Below, piece by piece: positions 13,301 through 27,500 of a stretch of DNA of 64,000 bases (its first letter is position 1; every line of letters begins with the position of its first letter). The translations under genes were made by a program, and so were the position numbers. Origin of the DNA: Tubulanus polymorphus (Eukaryota; Animalia; Nemertea); the NCBI RefSeq assembly GCF_964204645.1, contig NW_027437453.1, positions 1 to 64,000 on the forward strand, read 5' to 3'. The notes under the pieces are model-generated. The model did not search any database and was not told the DNA's origin. It was given only the letters and a program-made list of their open reading frames with translations.

Positions 13301-14390
13301 CCTAGCCTATATTGACCACACACTGACTGACACACATCATCCAGACCTGCCAACCCCAGAAAAATGTCGTCAGTTTTGAGTTTGTCAGTATTTTTTAATA
13401 GTAACTCGACACGAAAAATAACTTCCAGTTCCGGTCGAAAATAGAATTTCTAACCAAATAAATGACTAGGCCTATAGGCCTAAAACATTGTAAGAATTAA
13501 TGCTATCACAATTATTAATATTAATATATTATTATAGGCCTACTAAATTAGAAATAAATTACATTTCTTTTACAGTATCTAATCAGTATTAAATCTGATC
13601 AGTATCTAATAATTCAAGCAATTTCTTCAATATCATGATTATTTTTCTGTTATTTTCCAGAATCGCAAGGCCGGTGATGTAATATATCAAAACGAAATCA
13701 AAAACGTGCTCCAACACGTGTTACCAATTAAAACTACATGTATCAATTCAAGATTCTGAATAAACTCTTCAATAAATAGCGTCTTTTTAAGTCTAAATCT
13801 AATCGCCTTATTAATTCATAGGGCTAGGCCCTTATTACAATTTATGAATCATAAAGATATTATCAATCGTAGTTTCAAGATTCTGTTACTTTTGAATTAA
13901 ATTGAAATAAGCGCGCGTTAGAGCAGCTCCTTGTGTTACAATACAGCATGCAGATTCTCTATCGATCACTAGTTGCCTATTGCTACTGTCTAGTCAATTA
14001 TTTTATCACCACTCAGAATTCTATTCAAGACCGTACTAAATAGAGAGAGTCCATAGGCCTACACAAAAGCCCACAGCCATATGAAAATACGGTGAAAAAG
14101 TACGGTTGGCAGGTCCATGACACAGTTTACACTAGTTACACTACTACAGTTGTCCGAGGTGACATGACATTTATTTTAGTGCTTTAGTCTAACGAGACAT
14201 TTATTTTAGGCCCTTTTCCGGAAATATTCATATAATCAAACGGGAATTTGATACCGGAAACCTCCCTCCGGACACACGAGACCTGGAGAAAAGTTATCGC
14301 TACTTTTGATTGATGATGCTTGCAGTGAGAGGTTATAGAAATTAAAAAATTGCTTACCTGTAAAGTCGAACCGGTTTGCAGTTCCGCCAT
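10386..14390 (-). CDS. CACTA transposase with N-terminal C2H2 zinc fingers; join(14358..14390,10386..13073)
   Basis: LYQDEMEIVNPLG, DNLG, CRYC, AHDVFEG, PKHH, GPL..WTLRMESKH; exon 1 MAELQTGSTLQ|GTAAG splices in phase 0 to TTTGTAG|ELYKCLVC...H. Confidence 0.88.
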
Positions 14391-15491
14391 CTTGCATCGA
14401 ACACGCCTGTTGACGACAGTAAAATGCGGAAAAAAACGAAAAAATACGACCGGCTGCCTACGAAAAACGGCATTCTCCGTTTTGTGATGTTAAGATCAGT
14501 AATGACACGTCCGCACATCGTTATATATTTCACACTGACGGTATTTTAACGGTGCACGCCTCAGCCAAACGTCTACCTGTCGCAAAAAAATTGATTTTGC
14601 CGTCCCAGAAAAAATGTTGCCGTACCGAAACGTCGACCACCCATCTAATATCGCTGTGCACCGCACTGCTACGCTTGGTCAACCGTGAAAATGAGTTTTA
14701 TCGTCGTTTTCATGTCTTCCGTAAAAAAACGGCTACCTGTTTTACTGTTGTTTAACAGAAATTACTGGAAAAATAACGTAAAATTGCGAAATTTGGCTAA
14801 TTTTAACGTTTTATTGCGATTTTAATGGAAAAAGGGGTTTTAATAAACGATAAGCACCGTATCTTTTTTTACAGTGTACGAGCAATTATCTAAACGTTCA
14901 GATAATTGCTCGTAGCTCTTGCTCAATCTTTCAGTGACTGACCCGTAGTAGTTGTGACCCTGATCTCCGTTCAATATTGCATTTTATCAAATTTATTATC
15001 CCAAATTATGCAACTATTCGTTGAATTAGTTCCTAAAAATGTCTACGATTGGAGGGTTCGATGTGCTACCCGAGTGAACATTCTCAAATTTGTATCCAAA
15101 CTTCTTAGTGTCAAGAGGTTGAGAGGATTTATTGTCAATGTGTCAGAGCCAAAGTCAGAGCAATTGTTTTGCTAATGTACAAATTGTAAACTGAATAGTT
15201 ATCCAAACCGTCTTAGATGTTCACACTGACGAGCACTCTCCCCGGGCTTGAGGCCATATATTCAAGAGTTGTCTAATAATGATAATCCATTCACTATACT
15301 ATATACACTGCCGTCCCTAGATATCCCAATTACACATTTTCTAATTCTTATTTGCTTTATAATCCTTGTTCCCCTAGTCTAATGTCCTAGCGTATCATCT
15401 AATATAATTCATTCGATCTGAATCTAAACTAAAAACCCTTATTTGATAACTGATGGGGGAGCCTACTTAGTTGCATGAGAAAAGATTATAT

Positions 15492-15586
15492 TGGACCCAG
15501 TTCCACAGTTGAGATGTAAGAGTTAACTCTCGAGTTAATAGTTCATAATATTTACTAACTGTACATTTAATTCTTAACTGGGTCCA
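15492..15586. mobile_element. Small MITE with TIR TGGACCCAGTT
   Basis: TGGACCCAGTT...AACTGGGTCCA. Confidence 0.55.
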
Positions 15587-18500
15587 GTGCTTTAGTTTAA
15601 CAAGTCAACTTTTAACCATATCTGTGAAATCGTCAAGGAAGCTAAGCAACACTTATAGTGGTGGTTTAAATGTTTCCCAGACCCTATTCAATACTGCCTG
15701 CGGACGGCTATGGCTCTTCCACTGCTGCCTTTTATCTTTCCACAAACAAACTTTTCACATAAAATGATTTAAATGATGCGTGAAATAAAGATTATTTTAT
15801 AACACATAGACTAATATCACTGGTGCCGTCTTTGCTGAGCATTTGTTCCTTTTTACGGCTGACTCATACAAATGAAGATCAATCGCATATCAATGATTTA
15901 TGTCAGTCTAGATATTTTCATTTATTCAAATGTATTACTGAAATGTGTAAACATCCTATCCCGGACGCAAAGTTTAACATCTCAAAGAAACCCAGCATAG
16001 ATGTACACGCAACATAGTATTAATCGGGTCAAATAAAACCTAGTACCAAAATAGTACCCGCTGCTTATCTCAAAACCTTCCACTAATCATTATGAATGTT
16101 CCACTGCGCCTGATTTGTAATACCAACCCCAAACTAACACAAAATTAGATACCCTTTTGTCTATAAGTATCTAGCATTTAATTGTTGGAAAGCGATAAAC
16201 TCTTTGTTTTGAAATTTAAATTATTTTTGAAATATCAGTTTAATTTCCGTGTTTTGCCTGAAAAATGCAAGTTCTTATTATTGCCTATATAAAATATCTC
16301 ATTTTGAATAACTGGGGCTGCATTAAATATCAACTACTATATGGCTGCGTTTATTCTTTTACAAATACTTTTATTTTCGGAGCCGGTGGCCTAAAGTATC
16401 CACGCTCCTGTAATAAGAGGAGAATTGTACATTTTTATGAGTAACAATTGAGGTTCATTATTGTAAAACAGACCTCCCGCGACATGCATTAGGTCACCAA
16501 AAAGTGTCGTATGTTGAACGGTCGGGCCTTTATGCTTATGTTCCTATTAAAATAGAAATTCCACTTAGCCCTTTGCCTAAGAGTCCATGAGTGAAGCTAA
16601 GAATGTGTGTAGCTACTCATTTTGTCGCCTTCCTTCGATAGAGGAAATATTCTTGTTTAAAACATATACGTAATAAGCGAAAAAGTTACTTACCTCAAAC
16701 TATAAGTATTAAATTCGTATCAATCCTTAATCCCGATCCGGAGAAACTAAATGATACGGCGGCTCGAATCCAATCTCCCTTCGTTCACGATCTCCATACA
16801 GCTCACTGCGCATTCAAAACAGCCCGCGCATTTACACTAGATATGTAAATGTACCGATATCACTCATCACCACCCGTAGGCGTATCGTATCACTGGCCTG
16901 GATTATACATCCATGCTCATACATTTTATGTAAAACAGGTGGAACTTGAAATCTCCAGATATAGCCCAATCGAAGTCACTTTATAGATGTGAGAATAAAA
17001 TCGAATATATGTCAATTTGAAGAGTCTTCAATTCCGACGTTTTAGAAGTAATAAAAACAACAGATGTTGAAACAACTACTGACTTCATCGGTCAATTTGA
17101 AAGAAAATTATTTCTTTCTAGCTGATGCATTGTTTTGTTTTATGCCAATAACATTTTCCAGATTTTGCCGCTTAAATTCCATTACGTATCAAAGTGACAA
17201 GAAATCCCATTTTCCTAGGCCTATGAGGTTACTAAAATATCGAAACTTGAACTGAGATACAATTTGAAACGTAAGCAAAAGTAGAATTACTGCATTGACG
17301 GTGTTGAGATTTTCTGAACGTGCGTTACTACAGCAAATCATATTTAGATCAACACACTAAGACATTTTTTTGAATACTACTGTTTTAGAATTAGTTTTTG
17401 TCGGGTCTGTTCCGACCTGTGTTTATCAAACCAATGTTGTCGTTGTGGAGATGTCTCGGTTGGTGATGAATAAGTTTAGACAAGATGGGATTCGATTTAA
17501 GTATTGGTTTACACAAGTCTTAGGAAAATGAATTCTAGCTGTGAAAAAAACGCTAACTGGATATTGTTCTTTTTATCTGAAATACATAATGGACATTATC
17601 ACATCTCTCTCAATCAACTTTATAAGACAATTCTTCCGTTTACATATGATCACTGAGGCATAAAGGAATAATTACTGTTACTGTTATATCGTTCATATTC
17701 AATCTATATTCATGAAAGTAATAATATGTGAAAATTTTCTAAGTCATATATACACACATTTTAAATTTGACGATATACTCAAAAGCAAAACACTGCTTAC
17801 TTTCGCTATTAGATATTATCTTTATAATTAGCGCTCCGTGAATCCTAGTGATGGAGGCAAAACGTTTCATTGTGGACTTAATATAACGATCGAAAAAATT
17901 GTATGCGATAAAACTGTACTAAAAGCGATCATATATTACGGACAGTGCCCTGAAACTTCACAGACAGATAGAGGGGGGTCTAATCTAAATATGCAATGCT
18001 TAAAATTGGACCATGGACCCCCGCGAGCAGAATCCGACCCTTAGTCCCGCGGCCATATCTGTAGTCGAGACCTTCCATGTGACTACTTTTTGGAGGTTGG
18101 CAAGACCTTTTGTAGCAAGCGTAACTTCTCAGATACTTAGAAGGGGCAAGTTATACAACTATAGAAATCTTACTCGCGGGTTCCTGTGGATGTGAGCCCT
18201 ATCCAAATTGGAATAGGTTTGTTATACTAAATACATCAGTCACTCTATAGTATTCACCAGTGAATTCAAATTTGATGGAACCTCGGAGTAATCAGACTGA
18301 TTCAGTCCGATTAATCTAAGATGGAACAATTCCTTTCCTCGATGATGTTATGATACATATAATTATTTGTACATCGTTTACGGTTTATCCACTTAAGTTT
18401 GACACATTTCGTACGCGCTCTGAATCTGTTTTCAAGAACTTTTTGATAAAGAATCAAACATATATTTTATCCAAACTGCAAACATCCCCTAGACATTCAT

Positions 18501-19348
18501 ATGGTGTAGTTAGAAGAATGATGAAATATCTTTGACTGTACGAGGTCAATCTGATCGTAGACGTATAAATTAGTTAATGTCCATGATCTGATTCAAAAGC
18601 CCGTCGTCAATTCATGGGCGATAGAAGGCCATTTTAAGCGGTGAGCGGTGCAGCTGAAACGTTATAGCTGATACATATTCCAACTTAGCAAATATGGGAC
18701 TCGATGATTAACGTATTTTGGTTTTTTATCTATTTCTAATACGGCTGTGCGTCAGACAAGATATTCAAGTGATTAATGCAATTGCTACAAACAGGAAATT
18801 TCTGTGTCATTTAAGCTCCCTATCATAAATATTTCATCAAAAGAACAAAGCAAAGTAATACGCATTTTAAGTTAAAATCCGTTCGAACAATTTCCACCAA
18901 ATTATACATAGAGTATCAGTAAATTGTAATTACGAGTACAGTGTTAATGTTCAAAATGTTATCAAAGGAATACGAAAACTGTTTTTTTTCTATCGAAACT
19001 GTGGTAAACGCTTCCTAATCGCTTTTCTGACTCGCCGACGAATCACCAAATTCGATCAAGGCATTTTAATTATTTAAGCAATTAGTAGACAAACAAATGC
19101 AAAATGAAATTTTCTATTGAGATTAGGACGATCCGACTATCAAAACTATAGATACGGCATAATGATAGATGTGTTGTATTGCTGCAATAGTGGTAGTTTA
19201 GCCCAAACTAAGGAATTTCTTGATTTAAAAGACTAAATTATCCTAGGGAAGATTCTCCCGGCTGGACTTGATACATTGTTGTATCCCCTCGCGTCGCACA
19301 CTAATATTTATACATATGGATATAAAATATTAACATATTTTAAGCCGC

Positions 19349-19506
19349 GAACGATGAATTCACCAAGTGCTTTAAAACGCACTGAGAAAAAACTTCATTT
19401 TACCGGTAAAAATGTCCCGTCAATGAATTTCATTAATCAGTGTATTTAATTGAATTTCAACTAAAAACGGTGATTCGACGATCTGGTAATTCGGCGAAGT
19501 TCAAAC
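19349..19506 (+). repeat. Diverged dispersed repeat, second copy at ~21109-21260
   Basis: Shared GAACGATGAATTC..., CGGTAAAAATGT, CATTAATCA, TGAATTTCAACT and GTTCAAAC. Confidence 0.65.
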
Positions 19507-20672
19507 TAAACAACCCTGCCTGGTACGTATGTGCCAGATGAACATTATTGGAGCCTCGGAAACCTGTGCACGCATACGAACTATTCCCATCATCCCAGCA
19601 ACCCAGGGAACTTTTGCGGAAACAGATTTAGATATCAGGTCAGCTAAACAACATAGTAACGGGCCATATGGTCTGACTAATCCCTGTGAAAACTACAGGC
19701 GAGACTAAAGTACACATAGACACGTGTTGCTTCATTTGACAGGTCTCAGCCATCTCAAACCTACGCGAACAATGTTGTTTATTACTGAGAAAGAAACCAA
19801 ATGACATTCAAAAACAAAAAAGGCATAACTAGAACTCCACTAAAAAGTTTTCGTCAACGAATCAATAAACTGTCGAACTCGCATTTCATAATAGAATGCT
19901 GCCCTTTTTTCTTGCCGGGATTTAGAATCATTTTCTGATCGGGATTGTTATAAAAGAATCTTAAATTTTTTCAAATTGAAATTCAGAGCTGCTGAAGATA
20001 CACCGTGACACCAGTTCCGTCCAGTTCGAGATTAAATATTACTTTTGAGAATTTGATTCAATAAATTGAAAGTTCCTGAAGGAACCAGATCCTGCACTCA
20101 CAAATTGATGTAATATCTGCCACACATTGAAAGTGAATTGAAGAAGAGTTGTAAGATTGACATGAATACACTCTGACTATTATTCATTATTCATTCGATC
20201 ATCGGTTTATCGGTATATGACATTAGCATATATCTACGATGCATGCGATTGATCTAGTCAGCTTTGAGCGGATTGAAAATCAAGTAACATATTTCAAATC
20301 CGCCATTAACTGTAGTTTATAAATGAGATTGGCCTCGGACACAGAACGCTATTCTAAAAAATGAGGACCAATCATCACTCCGAAAACGATAGACTAGATA
20401 TCATTTGAAAAACTAGTTTGAAGTCCTTGTTTATACTTAACACCAGATAATAAGAAACCATCCTTTTATGGGTTTAGGGCAGGAGTTAACGGTAAATGAG
20501 ATAAACTTAAACGGATATAATTCAAGGTCCAAATAGATCTAGATATAACAGTTGGTTATGAGGAAAAAAGCCAAATTTGCGGTTATGCAGTTTTGAACAA
20601 CTTACGTTCAAATGTTTGCGTCTATTCAAAATATCGATACGGGAAAAATCAGTATCTACCTTTAAATCATTC

Positions 20673-20851
<179 letters not shown>

Positions 20852-22730
20852 AAATGTACAGTAATGCTTATGTTAGTTTTGAAGCCGGTTAAAATAAATA
20901 AATACAAAATATAAATTTGCTATTTAGATAGAAAGATGATCCGTATTCTGAAACTAGATCCGCGCCAGGCCCCGTTGGACTTTATATTGGATACAGTTTT
21001 GTGCATTGACCGTCGCATGGTTTTTATACATTTTATACATTATACATTTATACATTGGGTATGAAATATTAGTCCTAACAGGTAACATGAATAACATTTC
21101 TAAACCGTGAACGATGAATTCCCCAACGTGCTTTTTAAACGCATTTAGTAACAAGTTTGTTTCACTATAGCGGTAAAAATGTTAACAAATTGCATTAATC
21201 AATGTATCCTACTGAATTTCAACTGAATTCGGCGATTTGGTGATTCGGAGATGTTCAAACACCCGGTTACGTTCGTCGAGTCCGCCTTCTGGAGATAACG
21301 ACTTTTCTATAGACCACATGCCATAGGTTTATAGTGTGCATCTATTTTTTATAAAAGACTGTCTTTGAACTCGACTAGTTTAAGTTCAAGCTAATTTATT
21401 CAATGGAAAAGAACTCAAAACCTTGAAGGCCGATGAAGTAAGCACATAAGGAGAGCGCATGGCTATGTTTTTGTAGCAAGTGTTGTGCAAGTGACCCGAA
21501 GGCAGTATTAGATTCTAAATTTCCACGTGTTTAATCTGATATAATATTGATTATAGTTACATAACAACGGCTACGACGCGTGTCTCCTTCATTTCATATT
21601 TTCGATTATATCAAGTTGGAGTGTTGCATAAGTGACGGAATGAAATGAAATCTGAATGAATTAATTTTGTCCTAAACTTTTGAAACAGTTTTGACTACTC
21701 CAGAGAATGTTTGAATGTCCATGCTCTGAAGATAGGTTTTGTGATTCCCCGTAGTTACTTAACTATTCAGTTATGAATATAGTTGCGCACAAAAAACAAC
21801 CGTAATATAACCAGAGAGATGCACTATACTAAAGATTAAAGAAATAAAATCAGCCTTGTCGATGATAAAGATTTATGACGGTGATCCTCAGGCCGGGCGG
21901 ATTGAGAAAGGTCCGAGGGGGTCCGTATCCCCCTCCATAAATTGGAAGGTCCCTACAAACGTCTACTCCAAGAAATCCTAAGTGACCATTTTTAAATTAA
22001 GGTGAATTAGAACACAAACAGAAGTGCAAAATGATGAATATACGATGGTATTGTGATTGTGGTCGTGGTGTTGTGTATGTTACGATTATTATCATGGATT
22101 TCATTGTTCAACTACGTGGAAATCTTTCCATCACATTCTTCTCAAATTTTCAAAACGTTTCTATAGTCGAGTAGCCCCTAACGGTCGGATGTCTATGTAA
22201 TGTCGTTGTGCGTGTTGCATCGTCATTACAGTAACATTTAATATGGTTCCTTTTTACTTTCCCGGACTCCACCCCTACAAAAGTCCTAGATCCACCCCTG
22301 ATCCCGACATGTTTTATTTTCGATTGAGTCCAGAGTGGAACTTTTGCTGACGAGAGTGGGGGGGGGGGGGGGGGGCTCTTTCAAATCCAGCCAACCCTAG
22401 GCCTGCTGATAATATCGTCACATTGGTTAGGCAATAGACTTGGGCAGTGAGGATTGGAACTGGGGGTCAATGTTTCGGATATCTAAAAATTGTGGAGTTC
22501 ACCTAAGTATATAAATATCTTGCAGCTTTTATTACAATTGTTATATTCATATTTCTCAAGTGAGTTAAACCGTTTTAACAGTTTATCTGAAATTCAAAAC
22601 GTGCGCTGTTCATTTGAGAAACGTTCAGGATCCATCAGATACCACCAATATATAATTTGTGTTTCCTGTGACTAAAAGAAATCTAGTCCCAAAAGCGAAA
22701 GATGATTTAAATCTTTGTGACTGTCCATTT

Positions 22731-23187
22731 CAGGCCTGGATCCAGGGGCATTCAGTGACGACTTACTGCACAGTGAAAAAAAGGGCACCAACTTTGAAAA
22801 GGGCCAGTATTAAAGCCCAACGAGCGAGTTGAGTTTGAGTGCCATTTATTGGCATCATGCCACTAAATCTGTCTTCATTCAATTTGCTTGTGCCTTTTTA
22901 GATTTTTGGCGAAATTTACCCTTTTTCAATTAAATTTATAGAGCAACAATAATGTCTATTTTGTAATAGTGCCCTTTTGAGTAAAGGAAAATGCCTTAGA
23001 TTGCCTTTTTTGATTTGGGCAATTTCATTCACATTTTGCTTTAGGCCTAGAAAGGCAATTATTTTTTATGACGCACAAATTGTGTGCCCTTTTATTTAAC
23101 TTTTTCCTCGAAACATAAATTTTTCAAGGGCATTTGAAAACTGCGACTACCGCGTGCTGCATGTGCGATAGTCTGGATCCGCGCCTG
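22731..23187. mobile_element. MITE (hAT-like) with 15-bp TIRs and 5-bp TSD CATTT
   Basis: CAGGCCTGGATCCAG...CTGGATCCGCGCCTG, flanked by CATTT on both sides; internal TGCCCTTTT repeats. Confidence 0.75.
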
Positions 23188-24087
23188 CATTTGAGAACTA
23201 AAACTATGAGATGTACTTTAATTAGCTCTTCTATACGTGACTGGACATTGTGTAAAAGCTTTTGATTAAACTCAGAGGCCTATATGATATGCGTGATCTG
23301 AAAACAATTTATCGCTTTTAAGGGTGTATGCGACAAATAAGGAAAATACAGTTAATTTCCCTGTTTTCGGCTTAAATTTGAAGTAGATGAAAACCTGTTT
23401 TCTTTGAATTGAAGCCACGGGAACCACTTAACCTCATTTTCAAGCCGGCTTAGAATAGGCGATGTTGGGTTATTATGTCATTGATTTGCACAGAACGGAC
23501 ACCAGTATAATCAAATTCCCATCCTCGATGGCGAGCGTTTCCAAAAACCCAGCAACAGTGAGTTCCGGGAACTCATTTTGACATGGAATGTCGGAATCCC
23601 AGCCTTCGATAATTTCCCGTCTTCCTAATGGCCCAATAAGGTCAAATACCGTGATTTACGGAGTTAACGCGGCATTAAACATTTTAAACCTGCCAGGGAC
23701 TCGAATTTAAATCAAGTAGAAAATAAAGAAAAACTCCCAAAAAACTATTCTATCTTATACATTACTATTGTTAAGTCCACTACATATAAACAAGTTGAAA
23801 CCTCATTAATCAGTAGGTTGTACACTATACATCTTTTTAAATATATTATAACAATCGAAGTTTTAGGTTCCAAAACCTGGAACAAAGTTCCGTAATTATG
23901 AAAGTCACAATTATTATAGATAAGTTACTTTATCAAATTCTGATGCTTGATAGAGTGTAAAACATATTTGCAGAGTGTAAGCGCATTTATTTTCCAACCT
24001 CCAATAAAATCCACGAGAAATAGTATTATACACTACAATGACTTCACTGCATGCGCAACGAATCAATAGGCAATACAAACCGTTGTG

Positions 24088-24550
24088 AGTAATAGGGATA
24101 ATAGGCTTTCAAGCCAAAGGTCGAACGGTCGAGCTCGTAAAAAATGAAAAACATAAAAATAATAACAATTTCTACTTGAATTACTCGCGAAACTCATAAA
24201 AATGAAAAATAAATTCTCACACGCTCGAATTTATTTTTCATTTTCATGAGTTTCACTCCTAATTCAAGTAGAAATTGTTATTATTTTTATGTTTTTCATT
24301 TTTACTCACCCGCCCGTTCAACCTTTAGCTTGAAAGCCTATTATCCCTATTACTCTTAAAATATTCATATATATATGAATAACATTTAAATCATTGAACT
24401 TCTAAAATCAATTTTAATAAAAAATATAGTATTAAAATGGAAGCAAATAAGTACTACTGCCCAACATGTAAGATAAATATAGATAAGTCTCAAAAAGCAA
24501 GACACAATAAAACTATAACACATTTAGAGAATAAATTGAAACTAGAATAT
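24088..24550 (+). repeat. Left TIR; contains a 267-bp hairpin (24088-24354) and the first 38 codons of pPolB
   Basis: Near-identical reverse complement of 41765-42228. Confidence 0.95.
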
Positions 24551-27500
24551 AAGGATGATATATTAGAAACTAAATTAGAAGAATTAAAGAATGAAAAAGA
24601 AACATACAAATGTGATACATGTAATCAATCATTCAGTGATAAAAGATATTATAAAGAACATTTAAAATCTATAAGTCATATTAGAAATAAGAATAATGAT
24701 ATTTTAGGTGAAGATTATTTTGATAATGATAACGATAAGAAACAGAAGACAATTAAAAGAATAAAAAATAAATTAAACAATAAAAGACCATACATGGAAG
24801 ATGTAAGAAAATATATTAATTCATTAGATAATAAAAAAGATATAGAGATAACCGAAGCATTTAAAAGTGATATTGGTCCAGCAGCTATCGAGTTTAAATT
24901 TCATAAAGGTAAAACATTAGAAGAAAATAAAAAACATTTAGAAAATATGAAAGAAATAATAAAAATAATTACGGATGTTGAATATCCTAAAATAAGTATA
25001 TCAGTTAAAGTAAAGTTTATAAAATCTGAAGATAAACCAATATATAATATAAATTCTCATTCACAACATATTATATCTAAACAACATATAGATGATAAAT
25101 TAAATAAATGTTATAATGAAATAAAAACTAAAATAGAAGAGAAATATTTTGAAGGATCTGGTTTAATATTTGATGAGATAATATTTATAACTTTACATGT
25201 TTATAACACAAAATATAATAAGTTAACTAAATCAAAACCAATTGATGAAAATAATTTATCATATTATAAAGATGATAGTATAAATGGAACAAGTTATATT
25301 AAATTACCATTTAAAACTAATGGTGTAATAAATATACAAAATTTTGATAATAAATGTTTTATATGGGCAATAATAAGTTGTTTACACCCAGTTGAAGATT
25401 ATAAACAACATAGTTTTAGATTAACTCATTATAAACAATTTGAAAATAATTATAAGATAGATAAATATCCTGTTAGAATTAAAAATATTCCAAAAATAGA
25501 AAGAGATAATAATCTTAAAATAAATGTATTTGATTTAATTAAATTACCAAATACAAAAGGAAATAATATTAAACATTATACATTAGAACCTTTATATCTA
25601 TCAAAAGATTATGATTCAAATAATGTTATAGATATACTATATTATGAAAATCATTACATGTGGATTAAACAAATAGATTTATTTTTTAGAACAGAAAGTG
25701 ATCACCATAATAAAATATATCTATGTAGAAAATGTTTACATAAATTGAGTAATGAAAGTATATTATTAAATCATAAACAACTATGTGATAATCATGATTA
25801 TTGTAAATTAGTTTTACCAAATGAAAAAGATAAAATATTAGAATTCAAAAAATATGATTACAAAAATAAAGTACCATTTGTAATATATGGAGATTTTGAA
25901 TCATTAAATAAAGAATTAACAGATAAAGATAGAAAAGAAATATATTATAAAAGAAAGAAATTAAATTCTAATGAAAATGATTTTTCAGATGAACCACCAA
26001 AAACAAATACAATTAAAAAGATTCATCAATCAGCTGCAGCTTTCGGGTTATATATTAAATCTGATTATCCAGAACTAATTGAAAGTGAATATTATAATTA
26101 TAGAAATGAAAATGTTATCAATCATTTTTGTGACTTATTAATTGAATATGAAATAAGATTTAGTAAATTATTGAATACAAATATAGAAATTATAATGACA
26201 GAAGAAGATAAAGAAGAATTTGCGTTTGCAGATAAATGTTATTATTGTGAAAAACTATTTAATTATAAAGATAAAAAAGTAAGAGACCATGATCATTTGA
26301 ATGGAAAGTTTAGAGGCGCTGCACATGAGAATTGTAACTTACAAGCTAAGAAAATTAACTTTGTACCAGTTATATTTCATAATCTATCAGGATATGATGC
26401 ACATTTATTTATCAAACAGCTATGTTATAAAATAGAAGAAATCAATAATGAAATAGAAATATTAAATTCAAATAGATCAAAAGATAAAATACCAACTTAT
26501 AAATTTAAAATGTTAGCTAAAACATCTGAGAATTATATATCATTCCAATTTGGTTGTCTAAGATTTATAGATTCATATAGATTTTTAAATAGTTCATTAG
26601 ATAACTTATCAAAATCATTAATTGATGATGAATTAAAGATATTAAAAGAATATTACCCAAATTATGATGATTTTAAATTAATGAGATATAAAGGTGCAAT
26701 TCCATATTCTTTCTATAAAAATCATAATGATTTTGAAATAACTGAATTATTGAAAGAACAATTCTATGATGAATTAAAAAATGAATATGTTAAAGATGAA
26801 GTTTATAATAGAACATTGAATATTTGGAATCATTTCAAAATAGAAAATCATGGGCAATTAGTAGATTTATATTTAAAATCAGATGTATTATTATTAACCG
26901 ATATATTCGAAAGGTTTAGAGATGTAAACCTAAAATATTTCAATATTGATCCTTGTCATTGTTATTCATCACCAGGATTAACTTGGGATTGTGGTTTAAA
27001 ATTTACAGATATAAAAATGGATTTGTTAACAAATATAGATCAATTACTATTATTTGAAAAATCTATAAGAGGAGGTGTTTCAGGTGTATTGGGTGATAGA
27101 TATTTCAATGTAAATGATAATCCTGGATATAAATTATTATACATAGATGCAAATAATCTTTATGGTTGGGCAATGATGGAACCACAACCTTATGGGATGT
27201 TTGAAATAACTGAAGTTTTACAAATTGATAAATTTGATTGGAAGAAAAGAATCCTAGATATTGCAGATGATTCAGATACTGGTTACTTCTTTGTTGTAGA
27301 TTTAGAATACCCTGAAAATATTAAATTCAAATCTAGAAATCTAGCATATTGTCCCGAACATAAAACTGTTAAACATGAAGAATTATCAAATTATCAAAAA
27401 AGAATTAAACCCGATAATCATATTCATACTGAAAAGTTAATGGTAACTCAAGAAGATAAATATAATTATGTAGTGCATTATAGAATGTTAAAGTTTTATT

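Larger units (their letters stand above)
7413..14876 (-). mobile_element. CACTA/EnSpm (CMC) DNA transposon; 5' terminus intact, 3' end lost
   Basis: Minus-strand terminus CACTGTAAAAAAA at 14876, subterminal AAAAACG-type repeats, transposase and a second spliced ORF. Confidence 0.85.

Noticed and set aside
14877-14914. Palindrome beside the CACTA terminus
   Set aside because: Real hairpin but outside the element; probably part of a degraded MITE with no supportable function
23318-23324. Kolobok/piggyBac assignment from TTAA next to GGG
   Set aside because: Neither right end is followed by TTAA; a 9-10-bp repeat fits better
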